Shown: positions 1 to 9,168, counted from the first letter of the stretch. The stretch is DNA of 64,000 nucleotides from a virus (IMGVR_UViG_2974594805_000001:12467-76466), one strand, 5' to 3'. The notes: generated by a model from the letters alone, not told the origin. Made by a program: numbers and translations.

Positions 1-2
1 CC

Positions 3-128
3 TATCCCGAACTCTATGCCATCTTGACAGGTGATCGGTCAGCACTGTCCAAAAGCGAGACAGCGAAAAGTGAGGCATTGCAGCGTGATCTACAGCAGTG
101 GATCCGAGCACAGCTACCAGCCGATTGA
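3..128 (+). CDS. 3' end of a gene truncated by the window start (hypothetical)
   Basis: Open frame from base 3 (YPELYAILTGDRSALSK...QLPAD) to TGA at 126-128; not in the ORF track. Confidence 0.55.
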   Translation, partial: YPELYAILTGDRSALSKSETAKSEALQRDLQQWIRAQLPAD

Positions 129-191
129 GCTTCACATTTCTGCACGCGCAAGTTATGGGAGTCCTGACCAATCTTATGGAAGGGACTCCCT

Positions 192-1352
192 ATGAGCAAA
201 TACCACGAGTATTGGATTCAAAATGACAAGCCATCCTACCAAGCAGTGGCAGATCATTTTGGGGTCAATGAATCCACAGCCCGTCGTTCAATTCAAACCA
301 AAGAAATGAGACTGGAGTCAGCACAACTTGCTGAGCCAGCAGTCCTTGATGGCATGAAAGAATTAGGCTTCGAAGGTCAACCCGGAAGTGGTTGGGTGAA
401 AAGTCAAGTTCCTGATAAACACGGACGAACTTACAGTTTTCATTTCTCAAACAAAGAAGAAGCGAAAACCGAAGAACAAAAGATGGCTGACATTGTAGCC
501 AAGTTCACCGATCCTTCTCCAATACTCTTCACCCCACCACCCCTAAAACTCACCAACCGGATCAAGAAAGCCTTCATCTCGATCAATGACCTTCACTCTG
601 GTTCATTGGCTTGGGGCAAAGAAACCGGATACGGTGACTGGGATCTCGAAATCGCCATGAGCCGAATGACAGACTGGCTCTGCCGCTTATTTGAGCACGT
701 CGAACGTGAAGGTGTGAACGAGATCATCCTGTACTACAACGGCGACACACTCCACGCCAACGGTCAGGTGCCAATGACTGCCACTCACGGATCTGACCAC
801 ATCCTCGACACTGACAGCCGTCATTTCAAAGTTGTCGATGTCACTGGTGAGCAAATCATTCATTGTACTGATATTGCTGCACAAATCTCCGATGTACGCC
901 TCGTGATCAAGCGAGGAAACCATGACGGAGACAGCTATTTGAGCCTGCTGCAAGGTGCCAAATGGCGTTACCACAACCAAGAAAATGTCACTGTCGAGAT
1001 GGACCCCAATGCTTACTGGGCGAACATCTTTGGCAAGGTAGCGATCTTCGGACACCACGGTGACAAGATCAAAGCTGACCGTCTCGTGATGCAATTCCTC
1101 CAACGCTATCGGAAAGAGATTGCAGACGTGGATCACATCACGGTATGGACGGGTGACAAACACCATCGTAAGGTCGAGCAGTTCCCCGGAGTTATGTGGG
1201 AGCAAGCATCGAACTGGTGTGAACCTGATCTGTATGGTTCGGCCTACGGTGAAACAGCGATGGCTCAAGCAGTCATCTACGACGAAATCGAAGGTGAAGT
1301 ATCCCGTTTCACGGTGAAACCATCTTCCTCAACAGGAGAAGACCATGGCTAA
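192..1352 (+). CDS. Calcineurin-like metallophosphoesterase with N-terminal HTH-like segment
   Basis: MPP motifs in order: INDLHSG, NGDTLH, GNHD, GHHGD, GDKHH; N-terminal SYQAVADHFGVNESTARRSI resembles a helix-turn-helix. Confidence 0.8.
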   Translation: MSKYHEYWIQNDKPSYQAVADHFGVNESTARRSIQTKEMRLESAQLAEPAVLDGMKELGFEGQPGSGWVKSQVPDKHGRTYSFHFSNKEEAKTEEQKMADIVAKFTDPSPILFTPPPLKLTNRIKKAFISINDLHSGSLAWGKETGYGDWDLEIAMSRMTDWLCRLFEHVEREGVNEIILYYNGDTLHANGQVPMTATHGSDHILDTDSRHFKVVDVTGEQIIHCTDIAAQISDVRLVIKRGNHDGDSYLSLLQGAKWRYHNQENVTVEMDPNAYWANIFGKVAIFGHHGDKIKADRLVMQFLQRYRKEIADVDHITVWTGDKHHRKVEQFPGVMWEQASNWCEPDLYGSAYGETAMAQAVIYDEIEGEVSRFTVKPSSSTGEDHG

Positions 1353-1611
1353 GTGGGATCTCGAAAAACTCGACAAGGAAGCGAAACCCTCCCCTACCTA
1401 TGCAGACCGCATGGACAAGGTGGAAAGCCTATTTCGCTTTGCTCACCTCCCTGAACATCTTCAAGCAGCCAGCAAGCCGTTTCATGACCTTGCTGTGCAT
1501 TTGACTGATACACTGCCTCCCTCGGCAGAATATACACTGGCTCTCCGGAGCCTGTGGGAAGCGAAGAACCTTGCAGTCTTCGCCGCAGTTGAAGCAGCAG
1601 AAGGAGAATGA
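1345..1611 (+). CDS. Small helical-hairpin phage protein, Acb2/Tad1-hairpin-like
   Basis: AGGAG RBS; FRFAHLPEHLQ..SKPF.DLA...LPPSAEYTLALRSLWEAK matches a widespread phage helical-hairpin family. Confidence 0.6.
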   Translation: MAKWDLEKLDKEAKPSPTYADRMDKVESLFRFAHLPEHLQAASKPFHDLAVHLTDTLPPSAEYTLALRSLWEAKNLAVFAAVEAAEGE

Positions 1612-1613
1612 AC

Positions 1614-1733
1614 ATGTTTGAACTTTTGATCGGGGTTGGTATCGGCCTCGTTGTAGGCTGGAATGTCCTGCCCCAGCCAATGTGGGTACAAAATCTGTAC
1701 TCTCGTTGGTTCGGGGAAGGGGGTGATCAGTAA
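1614..1733 (+). CDS. Small single-pass membrane protein (39 aa)
   Basis: AAGGAG 7 nt before ATG 1614; MFELLIGVGIGLVVGWNVLPQPMWVQNLYSRWFGEGGDQ; too short for the ORF track. Confidence 0.7.
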   Translation: MFELLIGVGIGLVVGWNVLPQPMWVQNLYSRWFGEGGDQ

Positions 1734-1762
1734 TCTCCCTGCTTCGGCAGCGGTAAAGAATA

Positions 1763-1792
1763 GCCCGTCCCTTAATTGGGGCGGGTTTTTTA
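1763..1792 (+). terminator. Intrinsic terminator
   Basis: CCCGTCCC-TTAATT-GGGGCGGG followed by a T-rich tract; a CTGC-TTCG-GCAG hairpin lies just upstream at 1740-1751. Confidence 0.8.
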
Positions 1793-1872
1793 TTGACAAA
1801 CAGTTTATTATGGTCCTCGAAAGCTCAATCTGTTAGAGCAGGGCAGACCAAGCCTAAACCAGAGGACGTGAC

Positions 1873-2196
1873 ATGACCGAAGTTGTTTATCCCTTCAAGC
1901 GTGGTGATGATTTTATCGTCCCAATGACGCTTCGAGATTCCCAGCAGAACCCAGTCGATATTACCGGCTGGACGATCACATCTGCTGTGACCTATGCCCG
2001 GAAACCTGTGTCCACACTTGATGTCACCATCACTGATGGACCGAACGGGCAATTCACCCTTGCACTACCCAATGCCCAGACTTCTCAATGGCCCATTCGG
2101 AAGCTCAAGTGTGACATCCAGTTTGACCGTCCAGTCGAAGGACGTGTCTCGTCTCGGACTCTGACCATTGACGTACTGGAGGACCACACACCATGA
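1873..2196 (+). CDS. Virion protein, BppU-N/Ig-like baseplate-type domain
   Basis: KRGDDF...PVDITGWTITS...TITDGPNGQFTL...CDIQF pattern typical of this domain; first gene of a structural module. Confidence 0.55.
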   Translation: MTEVVYPFKRGDDFIVPMTLRDSQQNPVDITGWTITSAVTYARKPVSTLDVTITDGPNGQFTLALPNAQTSQWPIRKLKCDIQFDRPVEGRVSSRTLTIDVLEDHTP

Positions 2197-2693
2197 GCGA
2201 TCTGAATATCGAAGCAGTCCTTGGACCTCAGTATGAGATTGTCATCAATCAAGACGTTGTAAACGCTGATGATCCTTACAATCTCACCCTGACACCTCAA
2301 GAGCCTCTGGTTCTTGCGGTAGGTACTGGCTTCAACGTCAACCCCACTGCTACCGGTACGCTGGACGTACAGATCACTGCACAAGAAGTGATCAACGCCT
2401 ATCGTGCTGTCACCTATGAAGGATTCTTTGCCCAACCAAACGCAGAGAGTCTCTCCAAATACGCTGGTGTGAATCGTGTTGCCACGATCATCGGTGAACC
2501 TCTCATGGTCGTCCGTGAGGGCCTCATGACTGAAGATGGATGGTCTTGGACTCCCAATGCTCCCATTTTCATTGGAACCGATGGTGTGCTAACACAAGCA
2601 TCACCGGTCTTTGGAACCCCAGTGCGTCGTATTGCATGGGCAATTTCAGCAACAACCATCAATCTCGAACCGTATCCCATCATAGGAGTGTGA
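2193..2693 (+). CDS. Putative virion structural protein
   Basis: ATGA coupling with the previous gene; C-terminal domain resembles the next gene (RRIAWAISATTINLEP). Confidence 0.6.
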   Translation: MSDLNIEAVLGPQYEIVINQDVVNADDPYNLTLTPQEPLVLAVGTGFNVNPTATGTLDVQITAQEVINAYRAVTYEGFFAQPNAESLSKYAGVNRVATIIGEPLMVVREGLMTEDGWSWTPNAPIFIGTDGVLTQASPVFGTPVRRIAWAISATTINLEPYPIIGV

Positions 2694-2694
2694 T

Positions 2695-3201
2695 ATGCCT
2701 GATAAGTTTCTCCAACACGATGCAGCAGGTGGCTTCCGTGAAGTCGAAGGTACTGCTGTGGGTGGAGCGGGACAGGCCAACAAGATCCCTGCCTTGGACT
2801 TGTCAGGTCGTCTCGATTCCACAATGATGCCCACTGGTATTGGTGCTGAAACCGCTGCTCTCGAAGCATTCGGTGCTCTCAGTGCTGGTGATCTCGTCAA
2901 CGTCTTCAATGACGGTGGCGTGATGAAGGTACGACGTGCAGATGCATCCACTGGTGTGGCTCCTGCAAATGGTTTCGTTCTCGAAGCCTATGCAGCACTT
3001 GCCACAGCCACTGTGTATTTTGCAGGTCTGAACAGCCAAGTCACCGGACTGACTCCGGGACTGCACTACCTGTCCACCACACCCGGTGCATCGAACCATG
3101 TGGCTCCAGCAGCCGCTGGCAACGTCGTACAGCGTATTGGTACAGCACTGAACTCTACCACGCTGTTCTTCAACCCGCAGGATCCGATCTTGCTGGCATA
3201 A
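2695..3201 (+). CDS. Putative virion structural protein (tail/cement-like)
   Basis: Ala/Gly-rich beta protein with GLTPG.HYLS...QRIGTALNSTTLFFNP; lies directly before a fibre gene. Confidence 0.6.
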   Translation: MPDKFLQHDAAGGFREVEGTAVGGAGQANKIPALDLSGRLDSTMMPTGIGAETAALEAFGALSAGDLVNVFNDGGVMKVRRADASTGVAPANGFVLEAYAALATATVYFAGLNSQVTGLTPGLHYLSTTPGASNHVAPAAAGNVVQRIGTALNSTTLFFNPQDPILLA

Positions 3202-3216
3202 TATAGGGGTGTCCCC

Positions 3217-6200
3217 ATGGCTGAACGTCGTCCTCTGGTCCTCGTCAACGGGGCCTTTCAAGAACTTCCCGTAGGGGACACCCTCCCCGGTGCTGGTGGT
3301 CTGCAAAACAACCTTGCAGCCACCACTGCACCTGCTGTCGGAAACGACAACACTGAAGGTTATGCTGTTGGTTCAGTCTGGATCGACGTAACCAATGACA
3401 ATTCCTATGTCTGTCTCGATGCTTCGACAGGTGCTGCTGTCTGGGGACAAACCAACGGAGCAGGTGGAGGGGCTTCTAACTTCCTCTCACTGACAGACAC
3501 TCCCGGTGCATTCGGAACTGCTGGACAGTTTCTGGCCATCAACAGTGCAGCAGATGCAATCGAATTCGTAGACGCTCCTTCTGGTGGAGGCGGTGGTGGT
3601 GCATCAACCAAGAAAGGTTTCTTTGCTTGGGGTAACGCTTCTGCTGCTGGTACTCTTGCCAACTGGAACAATGAAGTCTGGGACTCTGAAGACGCATTTG
3701 ATCCAGTTACTGGTATCTACACTGTTCCAGCATCGCTGGATGGTGAGTACCTGCTCATCATCTTCAACGTCCGTGGTAACACAGGCGGTGCAATCTACAT
3801 TCAAAAAGACACTGCTGGTAATAACACCTTCCAGAACTGGGCTGTTGCCGATCTCGGATCCAGCCAAGCCAGTGCATCTGTAATCATTCAAGTAGCCACT
3901 GGTGATCAGATTCGTGCTCAAACCTTTGGTTTTTCTGCACAAAACGAAACCCGTACAAACTTCGGTGCCTTTGTTATGGGCAGTGGTGGTGGATCTTCCA
4001 GTGGTGGAGGTACGTCTTCAGGTATCTACGCTGAAGTGACTTATGCTGCAAACCATTCACCAACTACAAACGTCTTTGAACAACTGGCCTTCGATCAGGT
4101 GACTCTGGATGCTGACAGCATTTATGACAGCCCATCAGGTCACTTCATCATTCCTGAGTCAATGAATGACACCAATGTCATCTTGCAACTGACTACTCAG
4201 GCTACCAACGACAACTCTGGTGCAGTCGAATGTATCATCGAAAAATCCACTGATGGTGGAACCACTTGGAGTCGTCTAGGACAGTCTCCAAACGGTGGTA
4301 TCCACTTCTTTGGTATTACCAATGCCATTGCCGTAGATCGTGCATCTACAGGTGATCGGTATCGAGCTATGTTCTTGTCTACAAATGCCATCACTCTTCG
4401 AGTTGATAACAACCAGACTCGTTTTACTCTGGCTCAAGCTGGTGGTGGTTCTTCTGCTCAAAATGCGACTACTGATGTCGTATTCGATTTCGATGCGACT
4501 GGCGAAGCCGATACCACTACACCAATCGACAAAGGTGTTCAAAACTTGGCTGTCACCAATAATGGTGTTGCAGTCCTGTCTGAACGCTACGAGTTTGAAT
4601 CCACTAACGGTAACGGTGAGTGGTTTTCTGTTCCTGCTGCTGCTACAGAAAAACTCGGAAACTCTGATTTTGTACTGACAGTTGAACGACTTAGCTTCGA
4701 TGCATTCCCTCAACAGCAAGGTGTTGTTGGTGAATGGGAAGCCACAGGAAACCAACGGTCTTGGATCCTGTTCCACAGTGCAGGACAGCTTCTGTTTTAT
4801 GGTTCGTCCAATGGTGCAAGCCAAGATGTCACTCTGTCTTATAACTTCAACGCAGCCAACACAGAGATTGATGTGATTGTCCGTCGTGTCGGTGGAACCA
4901 TCACTCTCGAAATCAATGGTGCAGTTGAAGCTACAGCTAACCCCGGAGCAGGTTATACCTTCTTCGATTCCTCAGCCAATACGATTGAATTCGGTACATA
5001 CGCTCCCGGCAGCCGTGATCTCGATGGTTCATTCCGTCGTGCAACCCTGACTATTACAGGTGCCAATCTGGATGCTGGTGTGCCTATCTCATTCCTAACT
5101 TTGCCTGATACTCCAGAGACTTACGGCACTGTCGGTCAGATGCTTGTTGTCAATGGTGCTACAAATGGTCTGGAATGGACTGATGTACCTGCTGATGAAC
5201 TGCCAGCCCTTGGAGCCGCAGGACAAATCCTTGCAGTCAATGGGGCTGCTAATGGTGTGGAATGGATTGATGCTCCCGCAGGTGGTAGTGGGGCTTCTTA
5301 TGGAACTCCTGACTATGGAAATCCCGGTGGTACAGGAAACCGTACAGGTCTAATCACAGCCTCGACAAACGCTGTTCTGGGTGGTGGTACTACCGTAGAT
5401 CGCTCTATTGATGGTGCAGTTGGTACAAACTCTGCATCAGCATGGTACTGGAACAGTGGTCAAAACTCTGGTCTTTATGTTCGGTGGGACTTTGGATCCA
5501 AACAACGTATTGACCAGATCCGTTGGCAGCAAAACAACACTGCTGGCCATGGTACATGGCGTGTGGAAGGATCTGATGATGCTTCTACGTGGACTCCAGT
5601 TTCATCTAACTTCGCTCTGGGTGGTTCTACCGACCAAACCATTGATCTTGATCTGATTCCTGCTGACACTGGATATCGGTACTATCAGATCGCTTGGCAG
5701 TCTGGTTCTTCCACCAGCAACAGCCCATGGCTTCAAGAAACTGAATTCCGTCTGGCTCCTGAAAGCAATCCATCAGAACTCCCTGCTGGTGGTACTGCTG
5801 GTCAGTTGCTTGCCAAGGTTGATGCTACAGACGGAAACGTCGAATGGATTGATCCTCCTGCTGGTGGTTCTGGTGAACCAAACGTAACAAGCTGGAATGA
5901 TCTGGCAGCCGGAGTCACTCCGACAAACTGGATCGTAAGCTCTGGTACTCCTGTCACCATGGCTTCCAAAGGTAGCCTCACACCCCGCACAGGGGCTGTC
6001 TTCGCAGGTGTGGTGGCTTTTGAAGCCTCTGCTGTGATGTATGAGGATATCACGCTGGAAACTCGTCATCAGGGCATGTACGTCGATCTGACGTACTTCC
6101 ACGGTCGTGATAACAACGTGAACGACAATGTGAGAGTCGATCTGGCTTTCCTTGATTCTGGAAGCACTCAGATCAGCACAGTCGGAACCACAGATGGCAA

Positions 6201-7311
6201 TGCTGTCGCTGAGAACACATGGGAGCGTGTATCACTCAATGATACATTGATCCCTGACAATGCTGCATTCATTCGAGTGACAGTCACGTTTACCCGTGGC
6301 CAAGGCTCTGAACTGAACGCCTATATCGACGACATCAACCTGCGTTTCAAAGCAAATGCTTCGTCTCCTGACGAACTTCCTGCTCTCGGTACACCGGGAC
6401 AGGTACTTGCTGTGAATGGTGCAGGTGATGGTGTTGAATGGAAAGCTGATGAAACTGGTGCAGAATCTCCTGCAACTGGAGACGGTGTATCTGATTCTTG
6501 GACAGTGACATTGGCTACTGCCAACTCGACTTCAGCCTTTGCTCTTAAAGGTAACATCGTCACCATGACTGAAGATCGGTGGCTGACTGCTGTTGATATG
6601 GGTCATTCGACCAATAATCTTGGACAGACTGTTGATCTGTTCGTAGCCAAACTGTCTGAAGTCAATCCGGGAACCATCACAGAAATTGTTCTTGATGTCG
6701 GTCAGGTTTCTATTTCTGATCCAATTGATGACACACGGTTTACCGTACCTAATGGTGGTCTTCATCTTGAAAACGGTGTGACCTATGTCATTGCATTCGT
6801 TCGAACAGATGCAACAGGTGCTGATGCTCTGCAATTGGATTTCCCGTCTGGTGGTACTGAAGCATCCAGCTTCTTTACTCACAATGGTACTGCTCGTGCT
6901 GCTTTGAATGCCCCTGCTCTCACAAATACAGTTTATTTCAATAATACTGCTGCTGTGAAAATGGACATTATTACAGAGGGTTACGTTGCACCTGCTTCTC
7001 CGGGAGACATGGTTCAGACTGAAATCACAGGTGCAACATACAGCACTCAAGTTTCTGATTTTGCAGGTAATGTCGTCCGTCGAATGAACAGTGCATCGGG
7101 TCAGACTGTGACTGTTGAACCAGACATTACAGGACAGCCTGTCACCTTCATCCAAGCTGGTGCAGGTACTGTGACGTTTGCTGCTGGGACTGGAGTCACT
7201 ATCAACTCTCTGAACAGCAATCTCGCAATTGCAGGACAGTATGGATCTGTTACGCTAATCCCTGATGTGGACACAGCAAACACATTCTATCTGGTAGGTG
7301 CCTTGGCATGA
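3217..7311 (+). CDS. Multidomain tail fibre / receptor-binding protein (1364 aa)
   Basis: Gly/Thr/Ala-rich; two C1q-like segments, a LamG-like domain, a discoidin-like domain (VRWDFG...WRVEGSDD...YRYY) and a CBM-like domain, separated by repeated GQxLxxN...VEW linkers. Confidence 0.8.
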   Translation: MAERRPLVLVNGAFQELPVGDTLPGAGGLQNNLAATTAPAVGNDNTEGYAVGSVWIDVTNDNSYVCLDASTGAAVWGQTNGAGGGASNFLSLTDTPGAFGTAGQFLAINSAADAIEFVDAPSGGGGGGASTKKGFFAWGNASAAGTLANWNNEVWDSEDAFDPVTGIYTVPASLDGEYLLIIFNVRGNTGGAIYIQKDTAGNNTFQNWAVADLGSSQASASVIIQVATGDQIRAQTFGFSAQNETRTNFGAFVMGSGGGSSSGGGTSSGIYAEVTYAANHSPTTNVFEQLAFDQVTLDADSIYDSPSGHFIIPESMNDTNVILQLTTQATNDNSGAVECIIEKSTDGGTTWSRLGQSPNGGIHFFGITNAIAVDRASTGDRYRAMFLSTNAITLRVDNNQTRFTLAQAGGGSSAQNATTDVVFDFDATGEADTTTPIDKGVQNLAVTNNGVAVLSERYEFESTNGNGEWFSVPAAATEKLGNSDFVLTVERLSFDAFPQQQGVVGEWEATGNQRSWILFHSAGQLLFYGSSNGASQDVTLSYNFNAANTEIDVIVRRVGGTITLEINGAVEATANPGAGYTFFDSSANTIEFGTYAPGSRDLDGSFRRATLTITGANLDAGVPISFLTLPDTPETYGTVGQMLVVNGATNGLEWTDVPADELPALGAAGQILAVNGAANGVEWIDAPAGGSGASYGTPDYGNPGGTGNRTGLITASTNAVLGGGTTVDRSIDGAVGTNSASAWYWNSGQNSGLYVRWDFGSKQRIDQIRWQQNNTAGHGTWRVEGSDDASTWTPVSSNFALGGSTDQTIDLDLIPADTGYRYYQIAWQSGSSTSNSPWLQETEFRLAPESNPSELPAGGTAGQLLAKVDATDGNVEWIDPPAGGSGEPNVTSWNDLAAGVTPTNWIVSSGTPVTMASKGSLTPRTGAVFAGVVAFEASAVMYEDITLETRHQGMYVDLTYFHGRDNNVNDNVRVDLAFLDSGSTQISTVGTTDGNAVAENTWERVSLNDTLIPDNAAFIRVTVTFTRGQGSELNAYIDDINLRFKANASSPDELPALGTPGQVLAVNGAGDGVEWKADETGAESPATGDGVSDSWTVTLATANSTSAFALKGNIVTMTEDRWLTAVDMGHSTNNLGQTVDLFVAKLSEVNPGTITEIVLDVGQVSISDPIDDTRFTVPNGGLHLENGVTYVIAFVRTDATGADALQLDFPSGGTEASSFFTHNGTARAALNAPALTNTVYFNNTAAVKMDIITEGYVAPASPGDMVQTEITGATYSTQVSDFAGNVVRRMNSASGQTVTVEPDITGQPVTFIQAGAGTVTFAAGTGVTINSLNSNLAIAGQYGSVTLIPDVDTANTFYLVGALA

Positions 7312-8198
7312 TGAGTCTTCTTCTTGGTTCAGTCTCGGCTTCAGCGATCATTGCTGGAGGAGGTGGGGGTTATCCTGCCTCTCCCAGCTTTTCGCTGCTG
7401 CATGAAGACGAAGATTTAGCCAACACTACAAGCAATTACACATGGTCATGGAACATCGTAAATCCCGGAACCTATCTGCTCATCGTTTATGGTGGTACAG
7501 GTGGTTCAGGAAACACTGACTCTGGATATGACAGTTTCACCGTAGACAACGGTGCAGTTTTGACTGAAATTGCCTATGATCAGAACACCGAGTACGAAGC
7601 CACAGGATATTTCCGCATCATCGTAAATAATGCTGGTGTCCACAACTTCGTATTTGATCAACAATCTCAACGCTTTAGGATGCGTGCTGCACTATACGAT
7701 CCTATCGCTCTGGATCTATACGCTCCCACTTTCTACAGCACTGGTACAGCCAATGAAACTGACACTGGCCTCACAGCCAGCACAACAGTTCCTGCTGTTG
7801 CAAACCAAGCATTCTTCAGTGTAGCTTTGGGACGTGGATCTACACCTACCTTTGAGTATCCCGGACGTACTGCTCAGATCATGCCTCTTCTGGAATCGGC
7901 TGATTTCAGATCTGAGATCGCATTCGGAGCCTTTCCAGCAACTCAAAACGAAGATTTCACTGTAGCTTCAAGCACTACAAACAGAGCATTAGTCACTGTG
8001 CTAACGTTCCCTTACCTCACAGAATCACAAGCAGCTTCTATCCGAGTTGGAGATGTGCTTGGATACGCTATTGCTGGTGGTAGACTCCCAACCGGGGTAT
8101 CAGTCGAAAACGGAAGACCATATGCAGTCTTTGGTTTTGGAGGTGGACCTCATATAAGAGTTGAAAACGCTCGCCCTTACGTCATCGTGGAGACCTGA
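7308..8198 (+). CDS. Putative tail-associated structural protein
   Basis: ATGA coupling to the fibre gene; beta-rich; C-terminal 19-aa repeats. Confidence 0.6.
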   Translation: MMSLLLGSVSASAIIAGGGGGYPASPSFSLLHEDEDLANTTSNYTWSWNIVNPGTYLLIVYGGTGGSGNTDSGYDSFTVDNGAVLTEIAYDQNTEYEATGYFRIIVNNAGVHNFVFDQQSQRFRMRAALYDPIALDLYAPTFYSTGTANETDTGLTASTTVPAVANQAFFSVALGRGSTPTFEYPGRTAQIMPLLESADFRSEIAFGAFPATQNEDFTVASSTTNRALVTVLTFPYLTESQAASIRVGDVLGYAIAGGRLPTGVSVENGRPYAVFGFGGGPHIRVENARPYVIVET

Positions 8199-8199
8199 T

Positions 8200-9168
8200 A
8201 TGGCTATTCTTTTTGTTGGAAACACAGCCGGAGAAGTCGGCATGGGTATCGACGATGCGGCTGCCACCACTCGTTATGATACGACTTACGTAAACAACTG
8301 CATCGAGATGCAGAACAACGAAGGGGGTGCTCTACCCATCCCACAAGGTCGTTCTGAACTCTGGATCCACTTCGATCTGGCTTGTGATACTGGAGCCAAC
8401 AACATCAACTCTGATGGTGATGTCTTCACGATCAACACCGACGGAAACCGTGCATGGCAAATGAATTTGTCTAATGGTAACTGGGGCTTGGAAGCCTCAA
8501 CCAATGGATCCAGCTTTGCTGCAAACGGTGTTGTTGCAATTGGTCATCCAGCAGATCAGATTGTCACAAGCATGGACATTCACATCGCTTTGAACAGTGG
8601 TGGAAATGACTTCTGTCGATTCTACACCAATGGAAACCTTGCGATGGAACAGTCTGCTGCTCACGTTGCAGGTTCTGACAACATCATGAGCTTTGTATTC
8701 AGCCATTTCGATGCTGGTGCTCGTCACTACTACAGTCAGGTAATCATCGCAGACGAGTCTACCCTTGGAATGAAACTGACTCCTCTCACACCTGAGAGCA
8801 ACACAGCAGACAATGCTTGGGTCGGTGACTTTTCTGCTTTGGTTGATCGGAATGACGGTCTTGCAGCATTCAGCGACACTGCTGGACAACTACAAGGCTT
8901 CAATCTGACTGACTACATTGGGCCAGCTTCTCCCACAGGTCTTCGTGGTGTCTTTATGGCTTCACGGGCTGGTACGGGTGATTCAGGGCCTACAGGTTTT
9001 AACCACTACCTTGAGATCGGTGGCACCAAGTATCACGGTGCAAATATCGCTAACCCTACTCCTGATGTGACTCAAGTCACTGAATGGGCTACGAATCCAG
9101 CTACGGCTTCGGCTTGGGACTCCACTGCTCTCAATGCACTGATAGCAGGGATACGATCAAACGCATGA
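8200..9168 (+). CDS. Putative virion protein, paralog of 62260..63240
   Basis: Start moved to ATG 8200 (MAILFVGN); shares YYSxxIxAD and WxxNPATxxxW motifs with 62260..63240. Confidence 0.65.
   Translation: MAILFVGNTAGEVGMGIDDAAATTRYDTTYVNNCIEMQNNEGGALPIPQGRSELWIHFDLACDTGANNINSDGDVFTINTDGNRAWQMNLSNGNWGLEASTNGSSFAANGVVAIGHPADQIVTSMDIHIALNSGGNDFCRFYTNGNLAMEQSAAHVAGSDNIMSFVFSHFDAGARHYYSQVIIADESTLGMKLTPLTPESNTADNAWVGDFSALVDRNDGLAAFSDTAGQLQGFNLTDYIGPASPTGLRGVFMASRAGTGDSGPTGFNHYLEIGGTKYHGANIANPTPDVTQVTEWATNPATASAWDSTALNALIAGIRSNA

Noticed and set aside
1740-1751. CTGC-TTCG-GCAG as an N4 vRNAP hairpin promoter
   Set aside because: It is a tetraloop rather than the C-GNA-G triloop stem, and it lies outside the early region
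1793-1821. TTGACA as a sigma70 promoter
   Set aside because: The TATTAT-like hexamer is only 7 nt downstream, and nothing resembling a -10 box lies at 16-18 nt spacing
3217-9168. Diversity-generating retroelement or invertible tail cassette
   Set aside because: No reverse transcriptase, recombinase, near-identical template/variable repeat or flanking inverted repeats were seen in the window
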